A stretch of 64,000 nt of DNA from Alphaproteobacteria bacterium (GCA_045605805.1 JAZUQR010000027.1:64001-128000); one strand, 5' to 3'. Shown: positions 9,512-19,110, counted from the stretch's first letter. The notes: generated from the sequence alone by a model not told the origin. Made by a program: numbers and translations.

Positions 9512-9540
9512 TATAAGGGGAGGTATGCGAAAGTTCGATA
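9512..9540. repeat. 29-bp direct repeat, copy 2
   Basis: Matches 8001-8029 at 27/29; overlaps one arm of an 11-bp inverted repeat (9529-9539 / 9576-9586). Confidence 0.85.
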
Positions 9541-9608
9541 GTTCACGGATTTTGACGTTTTTTCGCCCCTCAACAATCGAACTTTCCACAATGCTTTCAA
9601 ACAAAAGA

Positions 9609-9636
9609 AAAAGCCACCGTTTGCACGATGGCTTTT
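9609..9636 (-). terminator. Terminator-like hairpin downstream of the duplicated tRNA 3' end
   Basis: AAAAGCCATCGT-GCAA-ACGGTGGCTTTT on the - strand, followed by a T-rich tract. Confidence 0.6.
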
Positions 9637-9641
9637 AATCT

Positions 9642-9656
9642 TGGTGGGCCCGGTAG
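9642..9656 (-). repeat. Exact 15-bp duplicate of the tRNA-Ile2 3' end (att-like)
   Basis: TGGTGGGCCCGGTAG identical to 9813-9827. Confidence 0.85.
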
Positions 9657-9706
9657 AGCAAGCGTCAGCAAAACATCCATTGAGTTTGGATGTTTTGTAG
9701 CGTAGC

Positions 9707-9818
9707 CAATGAGACACAATAAGTTCAAGTGGTAACGCTGAACGAATTGATGTCGTAATTGCAAAGGCCAACGGGCGGACATAAAAAAAACCCCGAGCAA
9801 ATCGGGGTGTTATGGTGG
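9707..9818. repeat. 112-bp tRNA-3'-associated repeat, copy 2; includes the tRNA terminator (9783-9811)
   Basis: 97/112 identical to 8075-8186. Confidence 0.85.
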
Positions 9819-9889
9819 GCCCGGTAGGACTTGAACCCACGACCTATCCGTTATGAGCGGACAGCTCTAACCAACTGAGCTACAGGCCC
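9813..9889 (-). tRNA. tRNA with CAT anticodon, most likely tRNA-Ile2 (lysidine-modified)
   Basis: GGGCCTGTAGCTCAGTTGGTTAGAGC...CTCATAA...GTTCAAGTCC...GGCCCACCA; 77 nt; G1-C72 paired and no 3 G-C anticodon stem, so not the initiator. Confidence 0.93.
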
Positions 9890-9903
9890 ACATACAACAT
9901 GGT

Positions 9904-9932
9904 ATTATAGCAAAATAAAAAACAAAAAGCAA
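9904..9932 (-). promoter_or_regulatory. sigma70 promoter of the tRNA
   Basis: TTGCTT-N17-TATAAT on the - strand. Confidence 0.65.
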
Positions 9933-10047
9933 GCCTTTTCTGTTCATAAAAAAATCTTTTTGTTTTGTGTCATTTTTTACTGGTTTTTCCCCAAAAAAAA
10001 TGCTATACTATAACTGTTGAGGGAAAACAGAAAGAAACGGAGAAAAA

Positions 10048-10557
10048 ATGTCAAAAGACTATACATTCAACCCCGGTGATTTTGTTGTTTATCCTGCGCA
10101 TGGTGTGGGCCAAGTGACAGAACGTCAAACAACCACGGTTGCCGGACAAAATCTAGATTTAATTGCCGTGCATTTTACAAAAGATAAAATGACCATGAAG
10201 ATTCCATCAACCCAAGCCTTGGAAAAAGGTTTAAGGCAAATCGCAACCCCTGTGATGATGGAAAGCGTGGAAAAAGTTTTAAGTAAAAAGACAAAAGCAA
10301 AACGTGTTCAATGGAGCAAACGATCGGCCGAATATATCACAAAAATCGGCACAGGCGATCCAATTGCTTTGGCCGAAGTGATTCGGGATTTATATAAAGA
10401 CCCTGCTGTGGCCTCCCAAACATACAGCGAACGGCAACTTTACGAAAAGGCCATGAATCGTTTGGCACCCGAATATGCCGTTATTCTTGGCATTGCAGAA
10501 ACAGAAGCACAAGCCAAAATTGAAAGCTGTCTGCGTGGATCTGATTCGGCGGAATAA
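10048..10557 (+). CDS. carD: CarD/CdnL family RNA polymerase-binding regulator
   Basis: FNPGDFVVYPAHGVG, WSKR, KIGTGDP, EVIRDLY, YSERQLYE. Confidence 0.92.
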   Translation: MSKDYTFNPGDFVVYPAHGVGQVTERQTTTVAGQNLDLIAVHFTKDKMTMKIPSTQALEKGLRQIATPVMMESVEKVLSKKTKAKRVQWSKRSAEYITKIGTGDPIALAEVIRDLYKDPAVASQTYSERQLYEKAMNRLAPEYAVILGIAETEAQAKIESCLRGSDSAE

Positions 10558-10603
10558 ATAATAAACAAGATAAAAAAACAAAAATGGGGAATATGATTGG
10601 AAA

Positions 10604-11080
10604 CTATTCAATCACTTCCCCATCATATAATCCCCACATAAAACGACGAGGAAACCATCCTTCTAATTGTTCGTTTTCATAATTAAACTGCAACAAGCAA
10701 TAATCTCCCGCCGGGCAAGAATGAACTTTTGCCACTACACCTGGCTGAACATAAGCAATCACACGAGAAGAAACAGACGGCCCTGCCAAAAGTTTATCTT
10801 CGGATTGAATCACCACATAGCGCACCTCTTGCAACGCCCGTTGATGCATCCAACCAATGGTTCCATCAGCCTCACGCACTTGAAGCCAATGTTCAAAGCT
10901 GTCAATCACCTCAAAGGGATAATATCTTTCTTGATACACCCATTTAATGGGAAAGCGTTCAGCTGGCCCCGCCCGTAAATTGACTTTGTCATACCGCAAA
11001 GAACGAAAGCCTTGCTCTTGAGCATAAGCACACACCACAAAAAACATCATCAATAAACACAAAAACCTAAAAATCTTCAT
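10604..11080 (-). CDS. Secreted tandem bacterial SH3 (SH3_4-type) domain protein
   Basis: Signal peptide; FRSLRYDKVNLRAGP..FPIKWVY, W..VREADGTIGWMH; second SH3 ending EGWFPRRFMWG. Confidence 0.8.
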   Translation of the reverse strand: MKIFRFLCLLMMFFVVCAYAQEQGFRSLRYDKVNLRAGPAERFPIKWVYQERYYPFEVIDSFEHWLQVREADGTIGWMHQRALQEVRYVVIQSEDKLLAGPSVSSRVIAYVQPGVVAKVHSCPAGDYCLLQFNYENEQLEGWFPRRFMWGLYDGEVIE

Positions 11081-11636
11081 GTTTTATTTCCCCTGAGAAA
11101 CGGTGGCGAATGCTTTTTTGCGGGCGTCGGAACGAAAACATTTTATCTTGGCTTTCTTCCTGTATTTTTTCATGCAAACCCGCATTTTCCAAAATCACTT
11201 TTTGCTCATCCGTCACAGCCCCACGCTCCTGTCCATCCGAAAAGTCTTTCCAAGCCACCTGAACAGCAGGCATGACCACCAATTGAGCAATTCTATCCCC
11301 CCGATGTAATACAACCAAATGAGAAGAAGTATTTTGCACCAATACCGCCAATGGCCCTCTATCAGCCGGATGAACAAGCTGAGGCGCATCCAAAACAACC
11401 AGTCCTTCTTTTTGAGCCATATCAAAAGTACTGACCACAAAACCGCAATAACCTTCCGGCACACCAACAGCAAAACCAACCGGCACCAACGCCCGATCCC
11501 CTGGTTCCAAACGCAAAGCCGAAGGAATAGCAGCTTGAAGATTCAATCCCATATGATAAGGCGAATGATAACTGGGCAACGGCAAATCGTTTCCATCGGC
11601 AGTACGCATAATAGATAAACTTAAAACCTTGGTCAT
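11067..11636 (-). CDS. dUTPase-like protein with degenerate catalytic motifs
   Basis: LPLPSY, LEPGDRALVPVG and GDRIAQL retained; motifs 1, 2, 3 and 5 altered (GLNL, STFDMA, PQLVHPADRG, no GFGSTG). Confidence 0.75.
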   Translation of the reverse strand: MTKVLSLSIMRTADGNDLPLPSYHSPYHMGLNLQAAIPSALRLEPGDRALVPVGFAVGVPEGYCGFVVSTFDMAQKEGLVVLDAPQLVHPADRGPLAVLVQNTSSHLVVLHRGDRIAQLVVMPAVQVAWKDFSDGQERGAVTDEQKVILENAGLHEKIQEESQDKMFSFRRPQKSIRHRFSGEIKHEDF

Positions 11637-11644
11637 ACCTCTCC

Positions 11645-12628
11645 CTATGTAATTGCTGTAATTGCCCGAATATTGCCATCCCGATTGATTTGCACCACAC
11701 GCAGTTTTTCTTTCATTTCTTTATGAGTCTTTTCCTGATCCAAAGCCGGATTGGAATGCATAATCCGAGAAATAAAAGCCTGATAAGCAGCCTCAGGATT
11801 TTCGGCGTGAATCGTGGCAAAACAATTTTCATGCCCCGAGTTCATCAACTCCCAAATAGCCCCGGCATTTGTGGTAGAAATCTCTCCTCCAATAATGGCA
11901 TCAGGCGTAAAACGCACAACCAAATCCACCACTTGTTTATAATCAAACTTGTTGTTTGCTTCTGTACGAGCCAACACCAAATGCACTCGGTTGGGTTGAT
12001 GCACAATCAATTCACGGGTATCCTCAATCGTAATAATACGCTTATGTTCATCCAAAATCTTAAGCATATTATTCAAAAAAGTCGTTTTACCGGTAGCCGT
12101 TCCCCCACTGATAAGAATATGATCCCCCCGTTTAATAGAAAGCAGTAAACGGTCATAAGGATCATCCGGATCTTCCACATTTTTTAACCGATTTACTTGA
12201 CGCAACCGCCCGCCTTGAACAAGGCCAAATTGATCCAATTTAATATCCACATCCGGTTTATAAACACGAATATCCAAGGCAACGCCACCTTCCAAATCAT
12301 CATCATCATATTTCACATTCTGGCCAATAATGCCTGCAAAACGATGGCCCCCTGGAAGTTCAGTATAAACAGCCGGCACGCCCACTTCTTCTCCAAAGGG
12401 TTTGTCTTGACTGTTGGAAATGATATACATCAAATTACGCAAATACTCCCGTGTCAATTTTGGGTCTTCGTAATAATGCCACGGATGAGCATGTCTGCCC
12501 CGTAAACGCAACCAAATCCCCCCTGGGTTATTCACAGCAACATCTTCCACATTATCCTGTGAATACCAATAAGCCAAAGGTTTCAATACCATTTCTAAAA
12601 TGCGTTGCGATTCCGGCCGTTTTCCCAT
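11645..12628 (-). CDS. virB11: Type IV secretion ATPase VirB11
   Basis: DVAVNNPG, Walker A GGTATGKTT, ITIEDTREL, RFTPDAIIGGEI, SGH..CFATIHA; follows virB10. Confidence 0.9.
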   Translation of the reverse strand: MGKRPESQRILEMVLKPLAYWYSQDNVEDVAVNNPGGIWLRLRGRHAHPWHYYEDPKLTREYLRNLMYIISNSQDKPFGEEVGVPAVYTELPGGHRFAGIIGQNVKYDDDDLEGGVALDIRVYKPDVDIKLDQFGLVQGGRLRQVNRLKNVEDPDDPYDRLLLSIKRGDHILISGGTATGKTTFLNNMLKILDEHKRIITIEDTRELIVHQPNRVHLVLARTEANNKFDYKQVVDLVVRFTPDAIIGGEISTTNAGAIWELMNSGHENCFATIHAENPEAAYQAFISRIMHSNPALDQEKTHKEMKEKLRVVQINRDGNIRAITAIT

Positions 12629-12638
12629 AATTTACTCC

Positions 12639-15600
12639 TTAAAAATAACGATCATCGTCTTGATAAATAGGAGGAGAAACAGGATCAACCTTTCTGTCTT
12701 CTGTATCCTCTGGTACATAGATTTTGTCTGATTCCTCTTGCTCTTCCTCTTGTTCCTCCGTTTCTTCTTCATCAGATTTTGTTCTTTTTTCCACCCAAGA
12801 ATCATTCACAGAAGGCAATTGCGCAGCACTTGGATCACCAAGTCCTTGATCTTCCAAATCTTCCACATCATCATCCACCGAACGCAACCATAAATCCGTA
12901 TTGGAAAAAGCGGTTAAACGAGTTCCTGATGGCACATACAAAATGTTTGGAACTTCACCAGACATTTCCATAAGTTGGCCCCAAATATCCTTAAAATTAT
13001 CAATAAACATTTTGCGTATTTGAGACCCAGGAGTTTCAGATGTCGTTGTGCCATTACTAGCCGTTGAAGAAGAAGCAATCACAGATTTTTCGTTCAGTTC
13101 AGTCAATTTCAAAACAATAGCTTCACCAATACTGCTGCCCACAGGCAACAAAAACTTCCGCATCAACTGCATATCCAAATAAGCGGCCACACCCCCTCGT
13201 CCTTGTGCATCGCCCGAAACGGCTTCAAACTTAAAGGCAGCCCCATCAGGACGAATCAACCGATTCCAAGAAATATCAATTTTGGCGGCTTGATCTGTGC
13301 CAAACTCCATGGCTGAACCAGACAATGAACCAATCAACCGACTGCCGGCAGGAATCAAAATATTGCGTCCTTCTTCGGCATAAATATGTCTTTCCACAAT
13401 GGCCGTCACAGGGGCAGTTGGATATCGGGTATCAATAGAACGCACTAATACCGCCGGAATAGCCTTATCAGCCAACAACACTCTGGACATATCCACAGAC
13501 CATGTAGAAACATTTTTATCCACATCCACACTTGACCAATCCTTGTCTTTTTTGCCTTTGGCTTTGGCTTGAATGGCTTTGCCAGGAAGAATCGTTGGAA
13601 CAGACCCCATTTTTTCCTTCATTTTAAGGCGTCTCTTTTTTTGTAAATCCAAAAATTGCTCTTTAACTTCATCCGGAATCACTATTTCTTTTGGGGGTGG
13701 TGGCGGCTCTCGGTATTCAGGACTTGTTTTATCAGTCTCCCAAATATACGGACGCAGAGTAGAAGGATCCCACGCCCCAACAACCTTACCCTCACCATTC
13801 ACAAGCATTCCTGTGTCTGGATCAATTTCATATGTCTTGCCCCCCCAAGTGATTTTGCGACCACCCGCTCTTTCACCAATAGACGCCAGCCCACAACGTC
13901 TTAAATCCATGCCAAGCCCCCGGAACCATCCATAATCCGTTCCATCCGGATTATAAACCTTTCCATCTGTTGTGGAAGTTAAAATAATATCACCGGCCTC
14001 ATCACGGATATTTCCGTTGGCTTCCAAAAGCCCCATCTTTTCTTCGCCTGGAATCTTAAACAATTCACAATTAAATAATCTGGCCACCGGCTTGTTGGTT
14101 AAATCATATAGCAACACATAGTCATTCTCATCTCCAAACCCTGGCAATGTGTTTCCATACTTATCAGTCATTGTGCCTGTTGTTTGGTTATAGTATCCCA
14201 TAGAAGTACCGTCTCCAGTTTTAACCTCACCGTCTATGGATATTGTATAATCTAAAGTACCACCCGGATTAAAAATCAATCTATCTTCGTTGGAAGCCAT
14301 CCAACCAATTTTGTTACCGTTAAAATCATAGGCGTCATCATTATCCAAACCACCAATCGTTCCTTGAGGTTTACCATCTGTCCCCACAACACGGCCCATA
14401 GCGTCCACACGCCCAAACATCACTTTGTCGTTGTTAAACACAGGACCACGAGCTCTTAACCGCCCAATTGGTTCACCATTGGCATCACGCAACAATTTAT
14501 CACGTCCCACACAACCAACCACAACGCCATCCGGATTCACCACAGTTGAATCGGGTAAAGTGCGCCCCAAATATACCCCTTTTTCGGAAGTAATCGGCCC
14601 ATAACGCACAATAAAGCCCAACTCTTTACCCATAGGATCGGTAGCCACACCTTTTGGCTGCATCCGGCCAATCACATTGCCTTGACCATCCACAACCGTT
14701 CCATCATAGGCAGTTTGTCCAATAACCTTGCAAGAATTATCCACAACCAAAGTTTCTGGAAGAACACCACCCACTTCTTGCAACTTATCTTTCAAAGTTT
14801 GTGCCTCTTCAAAAGTCAAAGGAAGAGCCGCACCATTGCTGGCAAGTGCAGCAACTTCTTCGCCCGCTTCATTCACAACTTTTCCCAAACCATTCACAAA
14901 TCCCAACACAGAATTAGACAAACTCAACACAGGCAAAAACGGAACAATCTGCCCTTCCAACGGCCGTTCCTTGCCCAAAATAGTGGCATCATCCAAAATC
15001 TGATATTTCACAGAACCAGAAGCATCAATCAAATGACCATCCACGGTTGTGCGCCCTAAAACAGAAGGATTATATCCAACCGGCACCCCTTGAACAACCA
15101 AATGCCCCACATAAGGCATGGTATTATAAACAGCCGGCTCCGACACACCCGCCACACTGCCATCCGGCAACACACGCCCTTTGAAGTTCTTATCAAACAT
15201 CACCGAACCATCAGCCGTCACAACCCCAACTTTTTGGGCATAGTCATCCACAACAAACCCTGTTTTCAAAGGTCCGCCTGCCCAAATTGTTTCAGGTGTT
15301 AAAACCGAAGAAAACGCCATACGAGAACCGATTTTCTGACCATTCACACCCCACACCTGCGCACCAAAACCGGATTCTCCAATTTTTTTGCCAGCTTTGT
15401 CAATAATCGTTTCAGCATTAAAAATACCACCAATCAAAGAGCCACCTTGTTCAACAAACCCATTACCAAAAGAAGTACCAATAACTTTGCCCCCCAACCA
15501 AACAGCACCTGTCCAATCCTCCATACCAAGACTCTTTAAGTTATGTGAATTGGCAAATCCAATCTGAGCCGAAGTCCCAACAACCATTTTATCAGAATCC

Positions 15601-18600
15601 ACAATAAAATCGTTCATCATCAATTCCCCCACGGAACGATTTGTTTGTGGTTTATAAACCAGACTGTCCCGACCAACAACACCCATCAAAGAGGAAGAAG
15701 TTAAACCTCTGGCAAATGGGTTTGTACTATGAATACGCCCCACAACAGACCCTTTGTTCATCACATAATCTGGGGCTGCCACAGTGCCGATTTGACTGCC
15801 GGAAGCCGACACAACAGAACCGGTTTCTGTCATAATACCACACATTTTTTCATCTTCATTCAAAGAATATGCTCCAAACGGCACATAGCCGCCCAAAATT
15901 GTGCCTGCAATGTCATTCACACGATTGTTAAAGGCAACCCGCCCAACAACAGCGTTCATATTCATAACAGAGCCATTAAAGCCGGTCCATCCCATAACTT
16001 CCCCGGTGGCATTCAGGGCCAAACCATTCAAAAGAGGCCGCCCAATTAAAGAAGAATCCGCATTGGTTAAATAAGGCATCTGATTGTATGTCATACCCAT
16101 AAAACCGTTTCCATTATAAATCCCGCCATCAGGGGCCACACGGCCAATAAATAAACCATTTTTATCAACAACCGTTGCATTTTTCACCACAGTACCAACA
16201 ATTTTACCGGCAGCATCAAACACAAAACCATCCACACCCAATTGCCCAACAGTTTTGCCTTCACCATTTTCAACATCACCGTTAAAGCGTACAAATCCCA
16301 TAAAATGGCCATCCAAATCAACAACCATACCCAAAGGAAGAGCCGTACCAACCAAGCGACCATCTACACCCAAAACAGTGCCAAAACCAGACACAGCCCC
16401 AACATATGAAGCATTTTTGTCAAATACAGAAGCCTGATATTGCATACTGTTTTCTGTGGAAGCATCCGGCACAACAAAACCAATCACACCGGCCGAAGAA
16501 ACAACCACAGAGGTTTTATTCCACAAGGCGCCAACCACACGATTATCCGGAGTCACCGCAATTTCATTCGGTAACAAAGAGGCCACCTTAGTCCCATCCA
16601 TCATCACATCCCCTTTGATGGAAACCATACCAACATAATCACCAGAAGAAGATAACACAACCCCTTCACCCAAAACACCACCCATCAATTCATTATTGGA
16701 ATTATACACAGCACCATCTGCCAACACTTTTCCAATCACTTGACCAGAAGCATTGACAACCTGCCCTCGGGCATCAAACCGTCCCAACACAGCTCCTTTG
16801 AAATCCGCAAAATAAGAATCCTTTGGAAAAGCTCGTCCCACAATGCGTGTGGCTGTCATATCTAACACAGTACCATCCGGCATTAAACGCCCCAAGGGTT
16901 TGTTATCCACAGAAAGAGCTTGCCCCATAAAGGCATTATAAGTTCCAATAAGCCGACCATTCATATCAAAAATAAAACTATCCGGATGAACCAAACCAAC
17001 AATTTGGCGGGCCTTATTCAATACCCAACCATTCAAGGTTTGAGTTCCAACTTCGTTCTGTTGCGTATCCATACATTTGGAAGCCTTACAAGTCCAACCG
17101 GTGAATAGACCAACATCATTCAACACAGCCCCATTATAAGTACGAGTATCACCTTGCGAACTTGTGCCGTTTGAATTGACACAACCAATAACCTTGCCAT
17201 TCTTATCAATAATCTGGCCATCATAGCGCACCCGACCGGAAAAATCACCTTTTGGTGAAAACAGCGCCCCTGTTGGTGTTAAAACCCCCAAAGATTGTCC
17301 ATTTGCAGCCAGCGGTTCTTTTTCAAGATTGATACAGCCAATGACATTTCCTTTTTGATCAATCACCTGCCCCGACAAAGACAAAAGCCCCATCAAACGA
17401 CATCCTTCTGCCAAAACCGTCCCACGGGGAACAACAACACCCATCACCACAGAAGAGTCATTTAGTGTATATCCGTCCGAACGCACCTTTCCAATGGGTT
17501 GCAACGCAATTGTCACAACCGAACCATCTGGATAAACACTGCCCAAAACATTACAAGAATTACCCACCACACGACCTTTTTGTAAAACACCACCCAACAC
17601 TTGTTTGTCTGTATAAACACTGCCATCTGGTGCAACATTCCCCATAAGACTTCCCTTGCCATCCACAGCTTTCCCTTCGGAATTGACAAAGCCCAACACA
17701 TTTCCATCCATATCCACAACCAAGCTGTTGCCAATGACAGCCCCAATTGTGTTCATATTCGCATCTACCACATCACCATTGGGCATCACACGCCCCACAA
17801 CTTGACCATAAACATCTTTAACCGATCCATTCAAAGAAACTTCACCAAACGAACGACCGCCCAAACCAACAGCGATACCTTGCTTAACCACAGAACCAAC
17901 CAAAACGCCATTAGTATTCACAATAAAACCATTTTGTTGCAAAAAACCTTGAACCTTTTGTTCCGAATCAATCACAGCACCGGTTGGTAAAACAATACCC
18001 AAAACATTGCCTGACAAATCCATGGCCATTCCCCAAGAACGCAACACCCCAATTTGAATGCCAGCATCATCAAAAACAGTTTGATCCACCCGAGGCGTAC
18101 CAATTTTTTTGCCGGCCCCATCCACAACTTTCAATTCATTAGTCGCCTTATCAACCGTCAACTTACCCACAACAGCCCCTTTTGAATTGATAACCGAAAC
18201 CAAAGGAATGGCCGCCCCAAGCACATTAAAATCCGAATCCACAACGGTATTATCCAATAATAAACGCCCTACAAGCTTACCCTCTTTGTCTTCCACCGTC
18301 CTTGAATCGGTCACAAAACCCAAAAACTCATTTTTCAAATTTAACGCCACAAGTCTTGGTTCTGTCACACCCAGAACTTCCCCCTCGGGATTTTTAACAA
18401 TCCCTTCCTCAGGCGGTTCAGCCCCCTCTGGCAACTCTACTTCTGTACCATCAGGCAACACATAAATCGGTCTTGGCTTTTTTTCGGGTTTATTTTCAAC
18501 ACCACAATTTTCACAACAAACACATTCTTTGGAATCAATAGCTGTTCCCTTTAAGGTAATCTGACTCCGTTCATCCTTCAAAACACGGGAATTGTCTTCA

Positions 18601-19100
18601 TGCCACACAATCGTCAAAGTATTTTGAATACTTTGCACTTTAACAGGTGTCCAAGAAACTTTCAATACACATTCTTCATCCACATCCAATTCGGTACGCT
18701 CCATACAATCGCCCGATAAAACAAAGCCATGTTCAGAAATATCCGCCAAATAGCTTTCCACAAAAACCAACGGGCCGTTTTCTGCCCTTAAAAGAACCGT
18801 AGCTTCAGCCGTAGCCCCCAACACAACATCATCAAATGCAACTTCCTGAGGAGAAACAACCAGCTGCGTTCCATCCACAGAAAAATCGGGCAATTTATCA
18901 TCATCAGAAACATCATCCCCGAAGGTATTTATCACATTAGCAGAAACAGGCTCAGTTTGAATCAAATCAACAGGTTGTTCTTTCGGAGCGGAACACAGTA
19001 CCACAAAAAACAAAATCACAACCAACAGTCCAAACAAAGATAAAATCCATGTGGTTCTGCGTTTTGATTGTGCGGATAAACTTTCGTGACTTGTTGCCAT
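12639..19100 (-). CDS. virB10: Giant VirB10/TrbI protein (2153 aa): TM anchor, Ig-like domain, ~1500 aa of Gly/Val beta-hairpin repeats, VirB10 domain, acidic tail
   Basis: C-terminal IPAVLVRSIDT...LIPAGSRLIG...WNRLIRPDG...DAQGRGG...PNILYVPSGT; single N-terminal TM; lies between virB9 and virB11. Confidence 0.88.
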   Translation of the reverse strand: MATSHESLSAQSKRRTTWILSLFGLLVVILFFVVLCSAPKEQPVDLIQTEPVSANVINTFGDDVSDDDKLPDFSVDGTQLVVSPQEVAFDDVVLGATAEATVLLRAENGPLVFVESYLADISEHGFVLSGDCMERTELDVDEECVLKVSWTPVKVQSIQNTLTIVWHEDNSRVLKDERSQITLKGTAIDSKECVCCENCGVENKPEKKPRPIYVLPDGTEVELPEGAEPPEEGIVKNPEGEVLGVTEPRLVALNLKNEFLGFVTDSRTVEDKEGKLVGRLLLDNTVVDSDFNVLGAAIPLVSVINSKGAVVGKLTVDKATNELKVVDGAGKKIGTPRVDQTVFDDAGIQIGVLRSWGMAMDLSGNVLGIVLPTGAVIDSEQKVQGFLQQNGFIVNTNGVLVGSVVKQGIAVGLGGRSFGEVSLNGSVKDVYGQVVGRVMPNGDVVDANMNTIGAVIGNSLVVDMDGNVLGFVNSEGKAVDGKGSLMGNVAPDGSVYTDKQVLGGVLQKGRVVGNSCNVLGSVYPDGSVVTIALQPIGKVRSDGYTLNDSSVVMGVVVPRGTVLAEGCRLMGLLSLSGQVIDQKGNVIGCINLEKEPLAANGQSLGVLTPTGALFSPKGDFSGRVRYDGQIIDKNGKVIGCVNSNGTSSQGDTRTYNGAVLNDVGLFTGWTCKASKCMDTQQNEVGTQTLNGWVLNKARQIVGLVHPDSFIFDMNGRLIGTYNAFMGQALSVDNKPLGRLMPDGTVLDMTATRIVGRAFPKDSYFADFKGAVLGRFDARGQVVNASGQVIGKVLADGAVYNSNNELMGGVLGEGVVLSSSGDYVGMVSIKGDVMMDGTKVASLLPNEIAVTPDNRVVGALWNKTSVVVSSAGVIGFVVPDASTENSMQYQASVFDKNASYVGAVSGFGTVLGVDGRLVGTALPLGMVVDLDGHFMGFVRFNGDVENGEGKTVGQLGVDGFVFDAAGKIVGTVVKNATVVDKNGLFIGRVAPDGGIYNGNGFMGMTYNQMPYLTNADSSLIGRPLLNGLALNATGEVMGWTGFNGSVMNMNAVVGRVAFNNRVNDIAGTILGGYVPFGAYSLNEDEKMCGIMTETGSVVSASGSQIGTVAAPDYVMNKGSVVGRIHSTNPFARGLTSSSLMGVVGRDSLVYKPQTNRSVGELMMNDFIVDSDKMVVGTSAQIGFANSHNLKSLGMEDWTGAVWLGGKVIGTSFGNGFVEQGGSLIGGIFNAETIIDKAGKKIGESGFGAQVWGVNGQKIGSRMAFSSVLTPETIWAGGPLKTGFVVDDYAQKVGVVTADGSVMFDKNFKGRVLPDGSVAGVSEPAVYNTMPYVGHLVVQGVPVGYNPSVLGRTTVDGHLIDASGSVKYQILDDATILGKERPLEGQIVPFLPVLSLSNSVLGFVNGLGKVVNEAGEEVAALASNGAALPLTFEEAQTLKDKLQEVGGVLPETLVVDNSCKVIGQTAYDGTVVDGQGNVIGRMQPKGVATDPMGKELGFIVRYGPITSEKGVYLGRTLPDSTVVNPDGVVVGCVGRDKLLRDANGEPIGRLRARGPVFNNDKVMFGRVDAMGRVVGTDGKPQGTIGGLDNDDAYDFNGNKIGWMASNEDRLIFNPGGTLDYTISIDGEVKTGDGTSMGYYNQTTGTMTDKYGNTLPGFGDENDYVLLYDLTNKPVARLFNCELFKIPGEEKMGLLEANGNIRDEAGDIILTSTTDGKVYNPDGTDYGWFRGLGMDLRRCGLASIGERAGGRKITWGGKTYEIDPDTGMLVNGEGKVVGAWDPSTLRPYIWETDKTSPEYREPPPPPKEIVIPDEVKEQFLDLQKKRRLKMKEKMGSVPTILPGKAIQAKAKGKKDKDWSSVDVDKNVSTWSVDMSRVLLADKAIPAVLVRSIDTRYPTAPVTAIVERHIYAEEGRNILIPAGSRLIGSLSGSAMEFGTDQAAKIDISWNRLIRPDGAAFKFEAVSGDAQGRGGVAAYLDMQLMRKFLLPVGSSIGEAIVLKLTELNEKSVIASSSTASNGTTTSETPGSQIRKMFIDNFKDIWGQLMEMSGEVPNILYVPSGTRLTAFSNTDLWLRSVDDDVEDLEDQGLGDPSAAQLPSVNDSWVEKRTKSDEEETEEQEEEQEESDKIYVPEDTEDRKVDPVSPPIYQDDDRYF

Positions 19101-19110
19101 TGATAAATCC

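Noticed and set aside
11645-12628. Tad pilus ATPase CpaF/TadA
   Set aside because: It follows virB8-9-10 directly and no tad/flp/secretin genes are present.
12639-19100. Dot/Icm (type IVB) DotG assignment or an autotransporter adhesin
   Set aside because: Neighbours are type IVA (VirB8/9/11), no dot/icm genes are recognisable, and the C-terminus is a TrbI domain, not an autotransporter barrel.
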